A DNA stretch of 64,000 nucleotides from the human T2T-CHM13v2.0 reference genome, Homo sapiens: the NCBI RefSeq assembly GCF_009914755.1, contig NC_060937.1, one strand, 5' to 3'. Numbering within the stretch: position 1 is the first letter of the stretch; each line of letters starts with the position of its first letter. Of the stretch, positions 61,841 through 64,000 are shown in pieces. Position numbers and translations under genes: made by a program. The notes below the pieces were generated by a model. That model was not told where the DNA came from. It searched no databases and saw only the letters and a list, made by a program, of their open reading frames with translations.

Positions 61841-63108
61841 TTTTTTCTTTGCCCCTCAAGGATGGACATTTACATAACAATGTATATTTGCCAACCATGA
61901 CAATGGTTTTTCATGACAATGGAATGGACACTACTTCCTGATAATTTAGGGCTCCTCATAGCTGCCCTGCTTCTAGAGCACTGCATTATTACTTCTGTTC
62001 ATTTATAAAAGACACGAGCAATAGAAAGCCTGTTGCAGCCCCAGGCATGCTCAGGAATATATGGCATCTCCTTTGCTCCTAATAAATATATTATGTGAAC
62101 AGCCTCACCGTTGCTTCAGTATTTTGTTTTCATATCAGTCTGTGGGCTGTCTAGATTTCTAACGCAAATTTAAGGCAATTTCACATTTGCCTTAATGAAT
62201 TGTTTTCTACAGAATATGCGGTAGGTAAATATTATTTTAAATGGATCTTAAATTTCTCTTACAATATGTTTCGAACTCTTAGTATTAAATGTGCTGATTT
62301 TCACCGATTCTCACCATCCCTTGTGAGCTGCACTTGAGGGGTCTGCATGTTTGACTGGAGACCGTGAAGCATTTAGAAAAGAGGCCGAGGCCACAGAAAC
62401 CAGCCCCAGTGACCTGAAGACAGGCACTTTCCCTAGGCAGGGAGTGGCATGTTCCAAATGTAAACAGGGACACTTCCCTCCCCTCAGGGTGAAAAAACTG
62501 AATTTATTTGAATACGAGTCTTTCCAGGAGACTTGTGTATCCAACGGTTCAGCGGGCTACAGAAGGCATATCGATGCTTTCCAGCCCTCTCAAAACAAGT
62601 GCCCTCCCGTCTCCCCAAGTTCTCCATCCAGACAGACCCTGAAGCTGAAGCATTTGGCTCAGAACTTCAGTTTGGACAGGGCAATCGCAGCACACACAGT
62701 TCTGTGCTTGCTGTGAAACACGAACCATTGCCCTGCATAGCTGCTGGGCCACCCTTTGTGGTGCTGTCTTTGGACTGGCACTTTTCAAGCGATGATAAGA
62801 AGGAAAAAAATATATCAGGAGTCCCTTGCGACCCTGACCCAGCCTCCCAGAATGGGGAAGGGGCCTTCTCTTAATGCAGGTAGAAGTAATTCTATTGAAA
62901 GATGCCTTGTCAGTTAAACAGACACATTCGAGGTTTAACTTGGCCTCCACGCGTCCCTGTCTTCATTTGTATTTCAATAATTTTATTTTGCGGAGGAGCA
63001 ATTTCCAGGGAGGTATAGATATCTGTACAAACTGAGGTTTTATAATAAATATCTGGGTGCGGTTTCCAAAGTTAAAGCCTCCTTTTTCTGTTAACATCCC
63101 ATTTTCAG

Positions 63109-63276
63109 GTGCAACAAGTAGTAAAGAAACCCTGGATATTCTCTACGCCCGGCAAAAGATTGTTGTCATAGCGAAAGCCTTTGGTCTCCAAGCCGTAGAT
63201 CTGGTGTACATTGACTTTCGAGATGGAGCTGGGCTGCTTAGACAGTCACGAGAAGGAGCCGCCATGGGCTTCACTG
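63109..63276 (+). CDS. CLYBL: CLYBL coding exon (canonical exon 6), 168 nt, phase 1-1, G212-G268
   Basis: Acceptor attttcag|GT and donor ACTG|gtatga. Translates ATSSKETLDILYARQKIVVIAKAFGLQAVDLVYIDFRDGAGLLRQSREGAAMGFT(G), in frame with the previous exon. Confidence 0.97.
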
Positions 63277-64000
63277 GTATGATTCCTGTCTTAGAAAGCA
63301 GTGTCTAAATTAGCAAGCATTCCAGAAAAATAGAAATTTGACCCGAAAACACCCCTAATCTCATCAGATATCTCCCATACTTACTCCACTATTTGAAATA
63401 TGAGCAAGTCACACAGGGGAAGAACTTGCCAGACACATTGTCATGGTTTTCCTTGGCCCTGCAAGTCAACAAATCACTCATTTTATTTCCTCTTTATATT
63501 AGTTGCTTTTTTTTTTTTTCTCTCCATCCTCTTAATCATTTTGTTGTAGTCTTGGCTGACCTGTAGGGAGGGATGAGGCTGCTCAAAAAGTGTTTTTGAG
63601 TGAACCGCCATAAGAATTTTGGTTGATGGACAGAAGAAAAATCTCCTAGAATATCCAAAATTTAATTCATTTCTGAAAAAAAATGTTGGTGATATTGTCT
63701 TTGGTTTTTGTTTTGTTTTTTACTCATAACTAGTTTTTTGCTCTTCTGCCACTCCAAGCCCCTCCTCTCTCTCCCACCTCCCAGTAAGTGTCCGTGTACC
63801 TGGCGACACCTACGGGCATAGGCTGGCACTAGGATCAGCGGGTCCCTTGCAGTCCGGTCTGGGGCACAGGCGGGTATCTGTTGATTGGTGTGCCTGGTCA
63901 CTCAGGTCCCCATGAGCCAGGGGAGCAACAGAAAATTGTGTTTTTACAACAGAGATCTATTTTTCGAAAAACCACAATAGGAGTCTACACACAAACATAC

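Noticed and set aside
61692-61877. ORF-track 61-aa protein (and the 83-aa ORF at 63057-63308)
   Set aside because: These are CLYBL exons read through into flanking intron, not independent genes.

Overview
This is human (primate) genomic DNA from the + strand of CLYBL (citrate lyase beta-like / citramalyl-CoA lyase, 13q32.3). The window holds about 55.7 kb of the 3' part of intron 2, then four coding exons with canonical AG/GT boundaries: 55748-55936, 59878-59979, 61689-61782 and 63109-63276. These splice into one open frame (N84-G268, canonical exons 3-6). The first ~50 kb is dense with Alu, L1, L2, MIR, MaLR/ERV LTR and DNA-transposon fossils. It also contains the CLYBL intron-2 'safe-harbour' editing site (~19.9 kb), where this haplotype appears to differ from the commonly used guide RNA in the PAM-proximal seed. 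From ~50 kb onward the sequence is nearly transposon-free and rich in developmental TF motifs, consistent with enhancers for the neighbouring ZIC5/ZIC2 genes. It also carries strong antisense splice signals. The haplotype encodes intact Arg259 (not the R259X null) and Val241. Almost all ORFs in the supplied track are spurious. I see no convincing wholly new gene system; the best leads are regulatory, splicing and haplotype observations. Repeat subfamily calls and published reagent or variant identities come from memory and need checking.
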